64,000 nt of DNA from a virus (Duplodnaviria; Heunggongvirae; Uroviricota; Caudoviricetes): positions 1 through 64,000 of the IMG/VR virus record IMGVR_UViG_3300021404_000007; one strand, 5' to 3'. Every line of letters starts with the position of its first letter. Position 1 is the first letter of the stretch. This document shows, one piece after another, positions 25,775-34,364 of the stretch. Made by a program: the position numbers and the translations under genes. The notes below the pieces were generated by a model. That model was given only the letters and a program-made list of their open reading frames with translations, did no database searches and had not been told where the DNA came from.

Positions 25775-26014
25775 ATGGAACACGATCTGAACGGGCGGCG
25801 CACGCCACAAGTGCTCACTGACGAGCACAAAGACGGGTCGCTGTGGATCAATCACCGCGACGAAATCTGGGCTTGGGTGCACGACGATTGGCGGATGCTC
25901 CGCAACAGCGGACTGTGGTCGGGAATCGGCCTCTATAGCGGCGAGTCGCAGATGCGCGCTGCTGGTCCGTTCACCGAAGTTGACTTCGCCAAGCTGTCGG
26001 GCGGGCTGGGCTAA
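25775..26014 (+). CDS. hypothetical protein (79 aa) embedded between the repeat blocks
   Basis: SD GAAAGGAACGAG followed by ATG. Normal composition; Trp-rich. Confidence 0.55.
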   Translation: MEHDLNGRRTPQVLTDEHKDGSLWINHRDEIWAWVHDDWRMLRNSGLWSGIGLYSGESQMRAAGPFTEVDFAKLSGGLG

Positions 26015-26470
26015 GCACGGTTGGCTTGGCAGGCAGGGCTTGGTAGGCAGGGCATTGGCAGGGCTTGGTAGGCGTGGCTCGGCAGCGGCTGGCAGGCAAG
26101 GCCCGGTGTTGGCCAGGCGTGACTGGTCTTGGCTCGGCAGGCAAGGCTCGGTCGGCTTGGGCTGGAAGGCCCGGCATGGCCGGGTAGGTCCCGGCAGGCA
26201 TGGCTCGGACGGCTAGGTCGGCTCGGCGTGGCCTGGCGCGGCAGGCATGGACAGGGAGTTGGGGCATGGCTGGTCGAGGCAAGTCCTGGCCTGGCCCGGC
26301 AGGCGGGGCAGCGGCTTGGCCCGAATTGGCATGGATGGCAGGGACGGCGCGGCACGGCAGGCGAGGCGTGATGTGGCCCGACGTGGCCTGGTTAGGCGAG
26401 GCGGGGTGAGGCCCGGCAGGCCCGGCTGGGCAAGGGGTGGCTAGGAAGGCCTGGCTCGGCTTGGCAGGCA
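26015..26470. repeat. G-rich repeat expanse, block 2
   Basis: Same GGC-periodic words as block 1. Confidence 0.65.
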
Positions 26471-26504
26471 TGGCAAGAAACAAGAAACAAGAAAGGAAGT
26501 ACAG

Positions 26505-26864
26505 GTGAGAGGCGAACTAACGATCAACGTGCGGAGGACTGAGCTGCTGGAAGCCCTGAAAGAGAACCGTGATCTGCACGGTGCCGCCTTCGAGAAGGCG
26601 AAGGCCGGCTACGTCAGGGTCGAGCGGCGGCACCTACTGGAGGCACTGGACCGGCTGGACCGGGGCGAGATGATCAACCGCATCCTCGGCAACGTGCCGC
26701 CGGAAAACCACACGTCGGACTACGACGACGCCATCGACATGATGATGTGGTCCACCGACGACATCGTGGAGCTGACGCAGCAGCAGTTCAAGCAGTACGT
26801 CAAGGACGACTGGGGCTGGAAGAACCAGTGGGTCACGTCCAACAGCATGTACCTGGAGGCGTAG
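26505..26864 (+). CDS. hypothetical protein
   Basis: SD AGGAAG followed by GTG. Confidence 0.5.
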   Translation: MRGELTINVRRTELLEALKENRDLHGAAFEKAKAGYVRVERRHLLEALDRLDRGEMINRILGNVPPENHTSDYDDAIDMMMWSTDDIVELTQQQFKQYVKDDWGWKNQWVTSNSMYLEA

Positions 26865-26872
26865 CAGCAGCG

Positions 26873-27529
26873 ATGGACCGGCCGTGCTCCCGGTGCGGGA
26901 AGGTGGAGCAACTGCGCCGGGGGCTCTGTCACGCCGACTATGAACGTGACCGCCGTGCTGGCCGCATCGAATCGCTGGTGTCGGCACAGCAGACCCGCAA
27001 CCACCTCGTGTGGTTGCGGGTCAACGGCTGGCGCTACCGGGAGATAGCGCGGGCCGCGGGCATCAACCGCTCCCAGCTGGCCAGGGTGTTCGCCGGGCGC
27101 CAGCTGATCAATGTCAAGACGGCCAACCGCATCTGCGCCATCGACCCGACCACCCGCTCCGAGTACATCAGGTTGGCCTGGGACACCCGGCGGGAGAACG
27201 CGGCCAGGCGTGCCTGGGACCACAGCTATGAGGGCTTACGGGCGTCGTTCGAGCAGCGCCATCCCGTCGTCGTTCCGGTACCCAAGCCGGGAGAGTGGAC
27301 GCGCGCCGCGCTGTGCGCGCAGGTGGACAACGAGATGTTCTTTCCGGAGAAGGGGGGCGCCACCCGGCACGCCAAGCGGATATGTCTCGGCTGCGAGGTG
27401 CGTGAGAAGTGCCTGGAGTTCGCCCTCGACAACGAGATCCGGCACGGCGTGTTCGGTGGCTTTTCGGATCGGGAACGGCTGCGGCTCGCCGCAGCGCGTC
27501 GCGGCCGGGGCAAGGACGGCGGCGCATGA
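26873..27529 (+). CDS. WhiB-like (Wbl) Fe-S regulator fused to an N-terminal Cys-cluster / HTH extension
   Basis: The C-terminus CAQVDNEMFFPEKGG...CLGCEVREKCLEFAL...GVFGG matches the Wbl signature. The N-terminus carries CSRCG...CHADYE and an HTH-like WRYREIARAAGINRSQLARV. Confidence 0.65.
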   Translation: MDRPCSRCGKVEQLRRGLCHADYERDRRAGRIESLVSAQQTRNHLVWLRVNGWRYREIARAAGINRSQLARVFAGRQLINVKTANRICAIDPTTRSEYIRLAWDTRRENAARRAWDHSYEGLRASFEQRHPVVVPVPKPGEWTRAALCAQVDNEMFFPEKGGATRHAKRICLGCEVREKCLEFALDNEIRHGVFGGFSDRERLRLAAARRGRGKDGGA

Positions 27530-27536
27530 TGGGGAG

Positions 27537-27722
27537 ATGTCCAAGATACGTCCCGACGCCCCGGTGTCCATTGGCTGTGCGATCTGCCTCAACACCCGGG
27601 GAACGCGCACGCCAGCGACCACGGTGGTGCATGGATACGCTGTTTGTGACCAGCATGTGGAGCTGGCCGAGCAACCTGGGTTCTCCACGTCGCTCATGGA
27701 ACGCCGGCTTAACCCGCTGTGA
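27537..27722 (+). CDS. zinc-ribbon protein (61 aa)
   Basis: CAIC...C; frame of ORF 27111..27722. Confidence 0.45.
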   Translation: MSKIRPDAPVSIGCAICLNTRGTRTPATTVVHGYAVCDQHVELAEQPGFSTSLMERRLNPL

Positions 27723-28105
27723 CCACCGACGTCTTCGACGACACCCCGGAGGGTGCGCCGCCGTTCCCGCGCACGCAGGCCAGCCTGCAGTCCGAGGCGA
27801 TGCGCAAGCTGCTCACCAGCAACGAGTACCGGGCGCTGCGCAAGCAGTTCCGCTTCGACGAGGAGCACCGCTGGGTGGGCAAGCGCCAGGGCGCTCCGTG
27901 CTGGCTGTGCGGCGGGGACATCGACTACCGGCTGTCCTACCCGCACCCGTACTCGTGGAGCCTGGACCACGCGCTGACCGTGAAGGAGCGGCCGGACCTG
28001 GCGCTCGACCGCAACAACTTCCGCAGCAGTCACCTGGACTGCAACCGGCAGCGCGGCACCGACGACCCGAAGCTGGACATCGGCAACCCCAGCGAGATTT
28101 GGTAG
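27719..28105 (+). CDS. HNH endonuclease
   Basis: CWLCGG...H..H...LDH...N...H.DCN motif order; GTGA overlap. Confidence 0.65.
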   Translation: MTTDVFDDTPEGAPPFPRTQASLQSEAMRKLLTSNEYRALRKQFRFDEEHRWVGKRQGAPCWLCGGDIDYRLSYPHPYSWSLDHALTVKERPDLALDRNNFRSSHLDCNRQRGTDDPKLDIGNPSEIW

Positions 28106-28159
28106 TGGAGTGCGCTGGCGTATATGCCCTGGTGGCCTGCCCAAGCAACCACACCACCC

Positions 28160-28215
28160 CACCCCCGCACTCCACGCAGCGGCCAAATAAGCGGCTGTTT
28201 TTACTGCGCTTTTGC
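28160..28215. terminator. conserved element CCGCACTCCACGCAGCGGCCAAATAAGCGGCTGTTTTT between convergent gene blocks
   Basis: A near-identical element lies at 43174-43213; the T-run follows it. Confidence 0.45.
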
Positions 28216-28482
28216 GGTGGCCGCTAGCCCATGGCGGGCTACGAGATCCCCACCGACATCACCAGCGCCCGGTATGCCGGAGCCCTGGTAGCTAACCGAG
28301 TTGGGCGCCTCGTCGCGGTTGAGGGCCAGGGACATGGTGATCCCGAGCCCGATGTGCGAGCGGCTGGTGTGCCAGTTGATCAGCGAGCCGCCCCAGCCGA
28401 TGGCCCGCAGCCGACCCAGCTCCTCGTACAGCTGGTCGACCGTAACTTCCTTGACCGTGAACTCCATGTGTAGTGGGTCCAT
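28201..28482 (-). CDS. hypothetical protein
   Basis: TAATG overlap with the upstream gene. Confidence 0.45.
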   Translation of the reverse strand: MDPLHMEFTVKEVTVDQLYEELGRLRAIGWGGSLINWHTSRSHIGLGITMSLALNRDEAPNSVSYQGSGIPGAGDVGGDLVARHGLAATAKAQ

Positions 28483-28670
28483 TACTCCGGCTTCCTCCAT
28501 ACTTCGTCGAAGGCGACCCGCAGGCAGTCCGGGCACACCCACCTCACTTTCACGCGCTCCATGCTGCCCAGCGCATCCCCCACCTCGATCTCCCCGGTGG
28601 GGGTTAGGGCGATGTGATCCCGCCAGTGTGTGCAGCTGGGATCGGCGCCGCTGAACGGCGTCTCACTCAT
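28482..28670 (-). CDS. zinc-ribbon protein (CPDC)
   Basis: ATGA overlap with the SPFH gene. Confidence 0.45.
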   Translation of the reverse strand: MSETPFSGADPSCTHWRDHIALTPTGEIEVGDALGSMERVKVRWVCPDCLRVAFDEVWRKPE

Positions 28671-29635
28671 GGCTTGGGCAGCTGAATGAGCGGGGTGCCG
28701 CCGATCTGGCCCGCACATCCGGCGGCGTCGTTCGGGCGGTGCTGCGCCACCGCCTCCTGGATGCAGTTGAATATCGCGATGGTCAGGTCCGGCTTGGGCT
28801 GCGACGCCCGCTGGATCGCCGCGTCACGCTGCTGCTCGGCGGTCTTCACGTCCTGCGCGGCGTTCATCGTCTCCTGCACCTTCTGGTTGTAGGCGTCGAT
28901 GCGCTGCTGGGTCTGCTGGTCGTAAAAGATGCCCTGAATACGCACGTCGATGATCTCGATGTCCTGGCCCACCGCGCCCTGCAGGTCGGCCTTTACCTCG
29001 TTGGCCATCCCCGGCAGGTCCGCGCCCTGCGCCGGTGCCGTCTGCTGCGCCGGTGCCCCCGGCTGGACGGCAGCCGCTGCCGCCAGCACCTGCGGGTTGA
29101 ACTTGGCGAAGGTCTTGCTCAGCGCTACCTGCTCCTGGCGGTCCACCAGCTGTTGCTTGATGGTGTCGAACACGTCCCGGCCACCGTAGTCCTGGAACAG
29201 CTTCGGGGCCGCGCCCTCCCGCAGCCGCCAGTTGAGGTTGGCGTTGACGTAGGCCATCGAGTTGTTCGCCAGCCGCACGCCGATGGCCGCCGGGTTGCCG
29301 TTGGCTCCGATGCCCTTGGCGGCGTCGTCGTAGCTGTTGGACTCGAACGCCTGCAACTGGATCGCTTCGCTCAGCTCACTGACCTGATCCCACGGTGCGT
29401 GCCAGCACGGGCCCGCACCGCACACGCCGATGGGCCTGCCGAAGTGCGTCTTGATTCCGACGTTGCGGGTGTCCACCCGGTCGTAGGCACTGATGACGGT
29501 GCACACCACGGCGAGGAAACCGGCCACGACGAACACCCCGGCACCGACCCAACGGGAGTCCGGGAAGGGCAGCGCGAGCAGAGCCAGCGCGGCCACCACG
29601 TACAGGAAGATGGCAACCATGAACCAACCAGGCAC
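28667..29635 (-). CDS. SPFH/band-7 (HflK/C-like) membrane protein
   Basis: N-terminal TM helices followed by a band-7-like core and a Gln/Ala-rich coiled-coil; SD AAAGGA plus GTG. Confidence 0.55.
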   Translation of the reverse strand: MPGWFMVAIFLYVVAALALLALPFPDSRWVGAGVFVVAGFLAVVCTVISAYDRVDTRNVGIKTHFGRPIGVCGAGPCWHAPWDQVSELSEAIQLQAFESNSYDDAAKGIGANGNPAAIGVRLANNSMAYVNANLNWRLREGAAPKLFQDYGGRDVFDTIKQQLVDRQEQVALSKTFAKFNPQVLAAAAAVQPGAPAQQTAPAQGADLPGMANEVKADLQGAVGQDIEIIDVRIQGIFYDQQTQQRIDAYNQKVQETMNAAQDVKTAEQQRDAAIQRASQPKPDLTIAIFNCIQEAVAQHRPNDAAGCAGQIGGTPLIQLPKP

Positions 29636-29636
29636 T

Positions 29637-30107
29637 CTATTTCCTTTCTAGAAAGCCCCAGCGCGCGCCGGAGCGGATTCGTGAGACTGTTGACTGGTTA
29701 ACACCGAAAATGTCGGCTAGCGCCTGTTGGCTCAGGGCCGACGATCTAATTACGAACGCATCGGCAGCGGTGAGTTTTGCGTGACCACGCTGCCGCTTGA
29801 CCATTTCTCGCATGTTCTGCCTCTGCGTCCCAGCATGTAGATGCGTGGGTTGTACGCAGATGGGCCGGTCACAGGAATGGAGCACCCGCTGCCCAGGAGG
29901 AATTGGTCCGTGGTAGATGCGGTAGGAAGCGTGGTGTGCCAACACGTTTTGGCGAGCTACCCAAAACTGCCCGTATCCACCCTCTCGATTTGTTGAGCCA
30001 GTCCAGTCCCAGCATCCTTCGCGATCGGATGGAGCAGGCGGTGGCTCTCCTGGCATAAACCAGGCGAACACTTCTGGCTCGCTCAGGCCAACTGGCCGTC
30101 GCGGCAT
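29637..30107 (-). CDS. HNH homing endonuclease with a C-terminal HTH
   Basis: GYGQFWV...HHASY...LHSCDRPICVQPTHL; upstream GGCAGAGCGCCGG box. Confidence 0.65.
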   Translation of the reverse strand: MPRRPVGLSEPEVFAWFMPGEPPPAPSDREGCWDWTGSTNREGGYGQFWVARQNVLAHHASYRIYHGPIPPGQRVLHSCDRPICVQPTHLHAGTQRQNMREMVKRQRGHAKLTAADAFVIRSSALSQQALADIFGVNQSTVSRIRSGARWGFLERK

Positions 30108-30203
30108 GAATAATCCTTTCGTCCCACTCCGGCGCTCTGCCGGATGCAGTTTATTGTACCGCGCTGTTAGAAAGGCTTATGTGACACCCGGAGGGTGTGT
30201 TGG

Positions 30204-30617
30204 CTAGTGCGGCTCCGGCTCCGGTTCGGGCTCTGGTTCCGGTTCTGGTTCTGGTTCAGGCTCCGGTTCTACCGGCGGGTCGACGGGTGGTTCCACCGGG
30301 GGCTCGACCGGCGGCTCCACCGGCGGTGCCTCGTCGCCCTGCCGCTTGCCGGTGGGGCGCCCGAGGAAGACGAACTTGCGGCTGCCCTGGATGAGGCCGG
30401 GGAGCACGTCGTACTGCACGCCGTTGACGTAGGCCAGCCAGTGCCCGGAGGCGTCGAACTCGAAGTCCTCCCCGGCGCCGATCACCTCGTTGGTCTTCAG
30501 CTCGGCCAGCAACACCGGGCCCATGTCACCGGGCTGCCCCAGCGTCCCTCCCTGCCAGAGGAGGCTGTTGTCCTCCTGGCGCCATACCAGCTGTAGACCT
30601 TCTCCGGCTCCGGACAT
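30204..30617 (-). CDS. protein with a C-terminal (PPVE)4-(PE)12 tandem repeat tail
   Basis: SD AAGGAAG; 12-bp and 6-bp tandem repeats at 30209-30330. Confidence 0.5.
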   Translation of the reverse strand: MSGAGEGLQLVWRQEDNSLLWQGGTLGQPGDMGPVLLAELKTNEVIGAGEDFEFDASGHWLAYVNGVQYDVLPGLIQGSRKFVFLGRPTGKRQGDEAPPVEPPVEPPVEPPVDPPVEPEPEPEPEPEPEPEPEPEPH

Positions 30618-30720
30618 CGCTCCACTTCCTTTGTGTCGGTTGCGCTTATCATGCGCCACACCTCTCCGACACACCGTGCGACACGGGGGCGGCGCGGACG
30701 AATAATGGGAAACTTGACGG

Positions 30721-31095
30721 GTGACGGAGTGCTGGAAGAGGGTGCTGGGCTGGCCCGGCTATGAGGTCAGCGACCAGGGCAACGCCCGGTCGGTGGACCG
30801 GATGGTGGACGGCAGGTACTCCCTCAACGGCAAGCAGAGCACCCGGTTCATCGCGGGCAAGCCGCTCACCCCGGTGCCGCACAAGAACGGCACGCCTGCG
30901 GTCAATCTCTGGCGCGGCAACGTGTGCACCCAGGTTCCGATCCGGCGGCTGATGCTGCTGGCCTTCGTCGGCCCACAGCCGCGGGGCATGGACGCGGTGA
31001 ACATCGACGGCGACACCACCAACAACGACCTGGGCAACCTGTGCTGGGACTGGAAGATGAGCGACCGGCGGCGCCGGATGGTTGGGCTGCGCTAA
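30721..31095 (+). CDS. NUMOD4-motif homing-endonuclease-associated protein
   Basis: WKRVLGWPGYEVSDQGNARS matches NUMOD4. Confidence 0.5.
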   Translation: MTECWKRVLGWPGYEVSDQGNARSVDRMVDGRYSLNGKQSTRFIAGKPLTPVPHKNGTPAVNLWRGNVCTQVPIRRLMLLAFVGPQPRGMDAVNIDGDTTNNDLGNLCWDWKMSDRRRRMVGLR

Positions 31096-31472
31096 TGCCC
31101 ATACGGCCGGAGAACAAGAATCGCTACCCGAAGAACTGGACGGACATCAGCAACTACATCCGGTTTGAACGTGCCGGCGGTCAGTGTGAGTGTGCGGGCG
31201 AATGTGGCCGGGGGCATCAGGGACGGTGCCCGAACCGGCACGGCCAGCCCGCGTACAACACCGGCAGCGTGGTCATACTGACCGCCGCGCACCTGGACCA
31301 CACACCGGAGAAGTGTGGGGAGGACGACCTGAAGGCGATGTGCCAGGGCTGCCATCTGGCCTACGACGCCGACCACCACGCGCAGACGGCACGGCGCACG
31401 CGCGAGCGCGAGCTGGCCAAGGCCGGGCAGCTGCCGCTGATCCCGATACTCGACCTACAGGAGCTGGAATGA
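31095..31472 (+). CDS. HNH endonuclease
   Basis: CECAGECGRGHQGRC...LTAAHLDH...CQGCHLAYD; TAATG overlap. Confidence 0.6.
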   Translation: MPIRPENKNRYPKNWTDISNYIRFERAGGQCECAGECGRGHQGRCPNRHGQPAYNTGSVVILTAAHLDHTPEKCGEDDLKAMCQGCHLAYDADHHAQTARRTRERELAKAGQLPLIPILDLQELE

Positions 31473-31542
31473 ATGCGTGGGTGGGCGTCTTCTCCGGGGC
31501 CATTCTGCTGGCGTTTCTGGTGGCCGCGCTGAGGAGCAGGTC

Positions 31543-31725
31543 GTGAGCATCGAGGCGTTGCGGGACATCGCCCGCACGGCCGGGGCCGAGCATGAGCAGC
31601 AGTACCTGCATGGCGGCTGCCCGGAGTGCGGCATCTTCTACGACCCGGAGTTCCCCTGGCAGCACACGGCCGGATGCAGCCGGGCCACCAAAGCCGAGCC
31701 AGCGCGAAAGGAACGCTATGCCTAG
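31543..31725 (+). CDS. zinc-ribbon protein (CPECG...C)
   Basis: GTGA overlap. Confidence 0.4.
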   Translation: MSIEALRDIARTAGAEHEQQYLHGGCPECGIFYDPEFPWQHTAGCSRATKAEPARKERYA

Positions 31726-31885
31726 CTTCCGTTGCCCGGACTGCGACCAGTTTGTGCCGGTGAAGTGGGATGCCAAGCAGCGATGCTGGAAGTTCTGGCC
31801 GCACGGCCCGAATGAGAAGCGGTGCACGGCCAGCGGGAAGCTGGCCCGGCCGCGTGGCGGCGACGCCAGTATGAACACGAAGTAG
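31718..31885 (+). CDS. zinc-ribbon protein (CPDC...C)
   Basis: SD AAAGGAACG. Confidence 0.45.
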   Translation: MPSFRCPDCDQFVPVKWDAKQRCWKFWPHGPNEKRCTASGKLARPRGGDASMNTK

Positions 31886-31912
31886 CGACCATTTGTTTGC
31901 CATTAGCAATAC
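31883..31912 (+). promoter_or_regulatory. conserved 27-bp element TAGCGACCATTTGTTTGCCATTAGCA (copy 1) plus an AT-rich promoter-like region with inverted repeat AATACT...AGTATT around TATAAT
   Basis: Copies at 33417 (forward) and 35813 (inverted). Confidence 0.5.
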
Positions 31913-31982
31913 TCACTATTATTGCTATAATAGTATTGTCTGGCAAAGCGCCGGGCATGAAAAAAGAGAGGATACTCTTGTA

Positions 31983-32426
31983 ATGAGCACTGAAATTGAG
32001 CGTCCGTGGGTTCCCACGGAGCTGCAGCCCTCCAAGAGGCACAATGACGAGGCTGCTCAGCTTCGTATTGCCTTCAGGGAAGCCTGGGAGATCAACCCTG
32101 AGAACTTCCAGGGCAAGCAGACCTCGGCGGACAATGATGAGTCGACACGCCTGGGCCTCATGGGATCGGTGGCGTTCGACAAGGCGGACGTTGCCCGGTT
32201 GCTCAGCAACCACATACGGAGTGCACATCCAGACTGGTCGACAGCAGCGCTGACCCCAGCCGCAATTGCGCGCCGCATCCACTGGGCCGCCGACGACGCT
32301 GGGGTGGCCCGGAATGCGATCATCGCCGCGAAGGCCGAGTACAAGTCTGTCGAGGCCCAGCCGGTGGACGAGCCGGGACCAGACTCCGATGGCGAGAATG
32401 AGTCGCCGGAGAACCCGGAGAGCTAA
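31983..32426 (+). CDS. hypothetical acidic protein
   Basis: SD GAGAGGA. Confidence 0.5.
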   Translation: MSTEIERPWVPTELQPSKRHNDEAAQLRIAFREAWEINPENFQGKQTSADNDESTRLGLMGSVAFDKADVARLLSNHIRSAHPDWSTAALTPAAIARRIHWAADDAGVARNAIIAAKAEYKSVEAQPVDEPGPDSDGENESPENPES

Positions 32427-32489
32427 GGCCTGGCGGCGGGGTGGGTGCGGGTGTCAGCTCGCGCCACCCCGCAACCGGAAGGAGGGTTA

Positions 32490-33422
32490 ATGGATATCGA
32501 GGAGTTTGTCCGGATCGAGAAGCGGATCGACGCCGCTGTTGAGCGTCAGGCCGAGGCGGAGGTATTGCACGCAGACGCCGTTCGAGAGGAGCTGCGCGCC
32601 CGTTGGGAGTCGGGAAGGGAGATGCTGGCCGAGCGCAAGGGGAAGCAGCTACCCAAGGGGAGGCTGGACAAACTAGTCGAGGCCACCGGCAAGAGTCAGC
32701 GCGAGCTGGGCTACCGGATGCAGTTTGCTGAGCGGTATCCCACCGAGGATGAAGTTTGCAGCGCGTTGCAAACTTTCACATCATGGCGGCAGGTGTGTAA
32801 GAGTTTGCCGAAGCTGAGTGATGCCAAGCCGCCGGCACCGAGGCCGCGCAAGAAGTCTGAGGAGATACAGCCCGAGGTGGCCGCTAAGCTAGACGCTGCC
32901 GCGAGGGAGGGCACCAGACTCAACGTCACAGAGACGGCCGCAGAGTTGGGGACATCGACAATGCCGGTGCGGGAAGCCTTACTCCGTGAGGAGGGTAGGG
33001 CCGAGGGGAGGGCCGAGGCGGGGCCGCTGGCTTGGGACACAATCCCGGGTAACCAGCGCGACAAGCTGGACAGGGCGAAGGCTTCCATTCGCCGGGAACT
33101 TGAGCGGGAGTTTCGCGCCCGGCTACTGGCGGAGGTCGACCAGTACAAGGCCCAGTGTGATGCCAACGTCGCAGCCTACAAGGCGAAGCTCAATGTCGAT
33201 GCTCAGCGTGAGAGGGCTCAGCGGGACGAGGAGCGGAAGCGCTACCAGTTGACCATCGAGGTCTACCGCGCCAAGGGTCTGATCACGCCGGATGAGTACA
33301 ACATCATCCGGTCCTGCCTGCACCCGGACAGCCGCGGCTCGGTGACCGACGAGAAGTTGGCGGCAGCGTTCCGCGTGTTCAATGATTCACGGATCAGGAC
33401 GCTGCTTGTCAAAGAAAAGTAG
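32490..33422 (+). CDS. hypothetical coiled-coil protein (310 aa)
   Basis: SD GGAAGGAGGG. Confidence 0.55.
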   Translation: MDIEEFVRIEKRIDAAVERQAEAEVLHADAVREELRARWESGREMLAERKGKQLPKGRLDKLVEATGKSQRELGYRMQFAERYPTEDEVCSALQTFTSWRQVCKSLPKLSDAKPPAPRPRKKSEEIQPEVAAKLDAAAREGTRLNVTETAAELGTSTMPVREALLREEGRAEGRAEAGPLAWDTIPGNQRDKLDRAKASIRRELEREFRARLLAEVDQYKAQCDANVAAYKAKLNVDAQRERAQRDEERKRYQLTIEVYRAKGLITPDEYNIIRSCLHPDSRGSVTDEKLAAAFRVFNDSRIRTLLVKEK

Positions 33423-33446
33423 CGACCATTGGTTTGCCATTAGTAT
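33417..33446 (+). promoter_or_regulatory. conserved element TAGCGACCATTGGTTTGCCATTAGTA (copy 2)
   Basis: Begins at the stop codon. Confidence 0.5.
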
Positions 33447-33461
33447 GTGCTAGAGTAATGC

Positions 33462-34364
33462 GTGTTCTACCGGGACTTGTCGGTACCTGGTGCTAACGTC
33501 AAACGCATGTCACATCCAACCATACTGCCTGGTACGCCCGAGCACTCTCGACTGATTTCACCATCCAAGATTCCCTCTATTTGCGGTATTTCCCGTTGGG
33601 AGTCTCAATACACCTGCTGGCACCGCATGAAAGGACTGCTGGACCCGAAGCCGCCGCAGGACATCTTCACCGTTGGCCTGGCGTTCGAGCCCGCGCTGGC
33701 CTACCTGTGGAAGTCGGAGAATCCCGGCTGGCGGCTCTCACCCGGTGAGGTGCAGTACGTCACCGACCGGTTCGGCTTCCCGGCCTGTGCCACCATCGAC
33801 CGGCGGGCCAGTAGGGGCAAGGCGCGCAAGGTGGTCGAGTTCAAGATCGCCCACCACACCGACGAGTGGGGCGACGTCAATCTTGAGGGCGACTGCCCGA
33901 CCGACTACGCCCTACAGGTGATGGCGCAGATGGTGCTCACCGGCCTCTACAAGCAGAACGCCGACCTGATGGTGATGGGCCCGTTCTTCAAGCACCGCAC
34001 CTACCACGTCAAGTACGACGAGGCGGTGGCCCGGTGGATGATCCAGGAGTGCCAGCGGTTCTACGCCAGCCTGGACGGTGACGTGCCGCCGGACCTGGAC
34101 GACAGCACCAGCACCTACGCGGCGGTGCGTGAGCTGCACCCGGACATCACGCCCGGCCTGAAGGTGGAGATACCCGAGGCGCTGGCGCAGGACTACCACA
34201 CCGCACACGCCGAGAGCAGTGCGGCCGAGCGCACGCTGCGCGGCCTGAAGTCGAAGATCCTGGCCACCGTCGGCAGCGCGCAGTACGTGGTGTGCAACGG
34301 CGAGGTGGTGGCCGCCCGGCAGCCGCACGCGAGGGGCGGCGTGGCGCTGGTGAGGAAGCCATGA
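33462..34364 (+). CDS. YqaJ/RecE-like PD-(D/E)XK exonuclease (alternative start ATG 33507)
   Basis: LISPSKIPSICGISRWESQYTCWHRMKG matches the YqaJ N-terminal motif. Confidence 0.65.
   Translation: MFYRDLSVPGANVKRMSHPTILPGTPEHSRLISPSKIPSICGISRWESQYTCWHRMKGLLDPKPPQDIFTVGLAFEPALAYLWKSENPGWRLSPGEVQYVTDRFGFPACATIDRRASRGKARKVVEFKIAHHTDEWGDVNLEGDCPTDYALQVMAQMVLTGLYKQNADLMVMGPFFKHRTYHVKYDEAVARWMIQECQRFYASLDGDVPPDLDDSTSTYAAVRELHPDITPGLKVEIPEALAQDYHTAHAESSAAERTLRGLKSKILATVGSAQYVVCNGEVVAARQPHARGGVALVRKP

Noticed and set aside
23160-26470. CRISPR array interpretation of the repeat region
   Set aside because: There is no regular repeat-spacer architecture. The units are 4-9 nt and degenerate, without unique spacers.
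27409-28227. 272-aa ORF on the + strand
   Set aside because: R/P-rich out-of-frame reading over the real 27537..27722 and HNH (27719..28105) genes.
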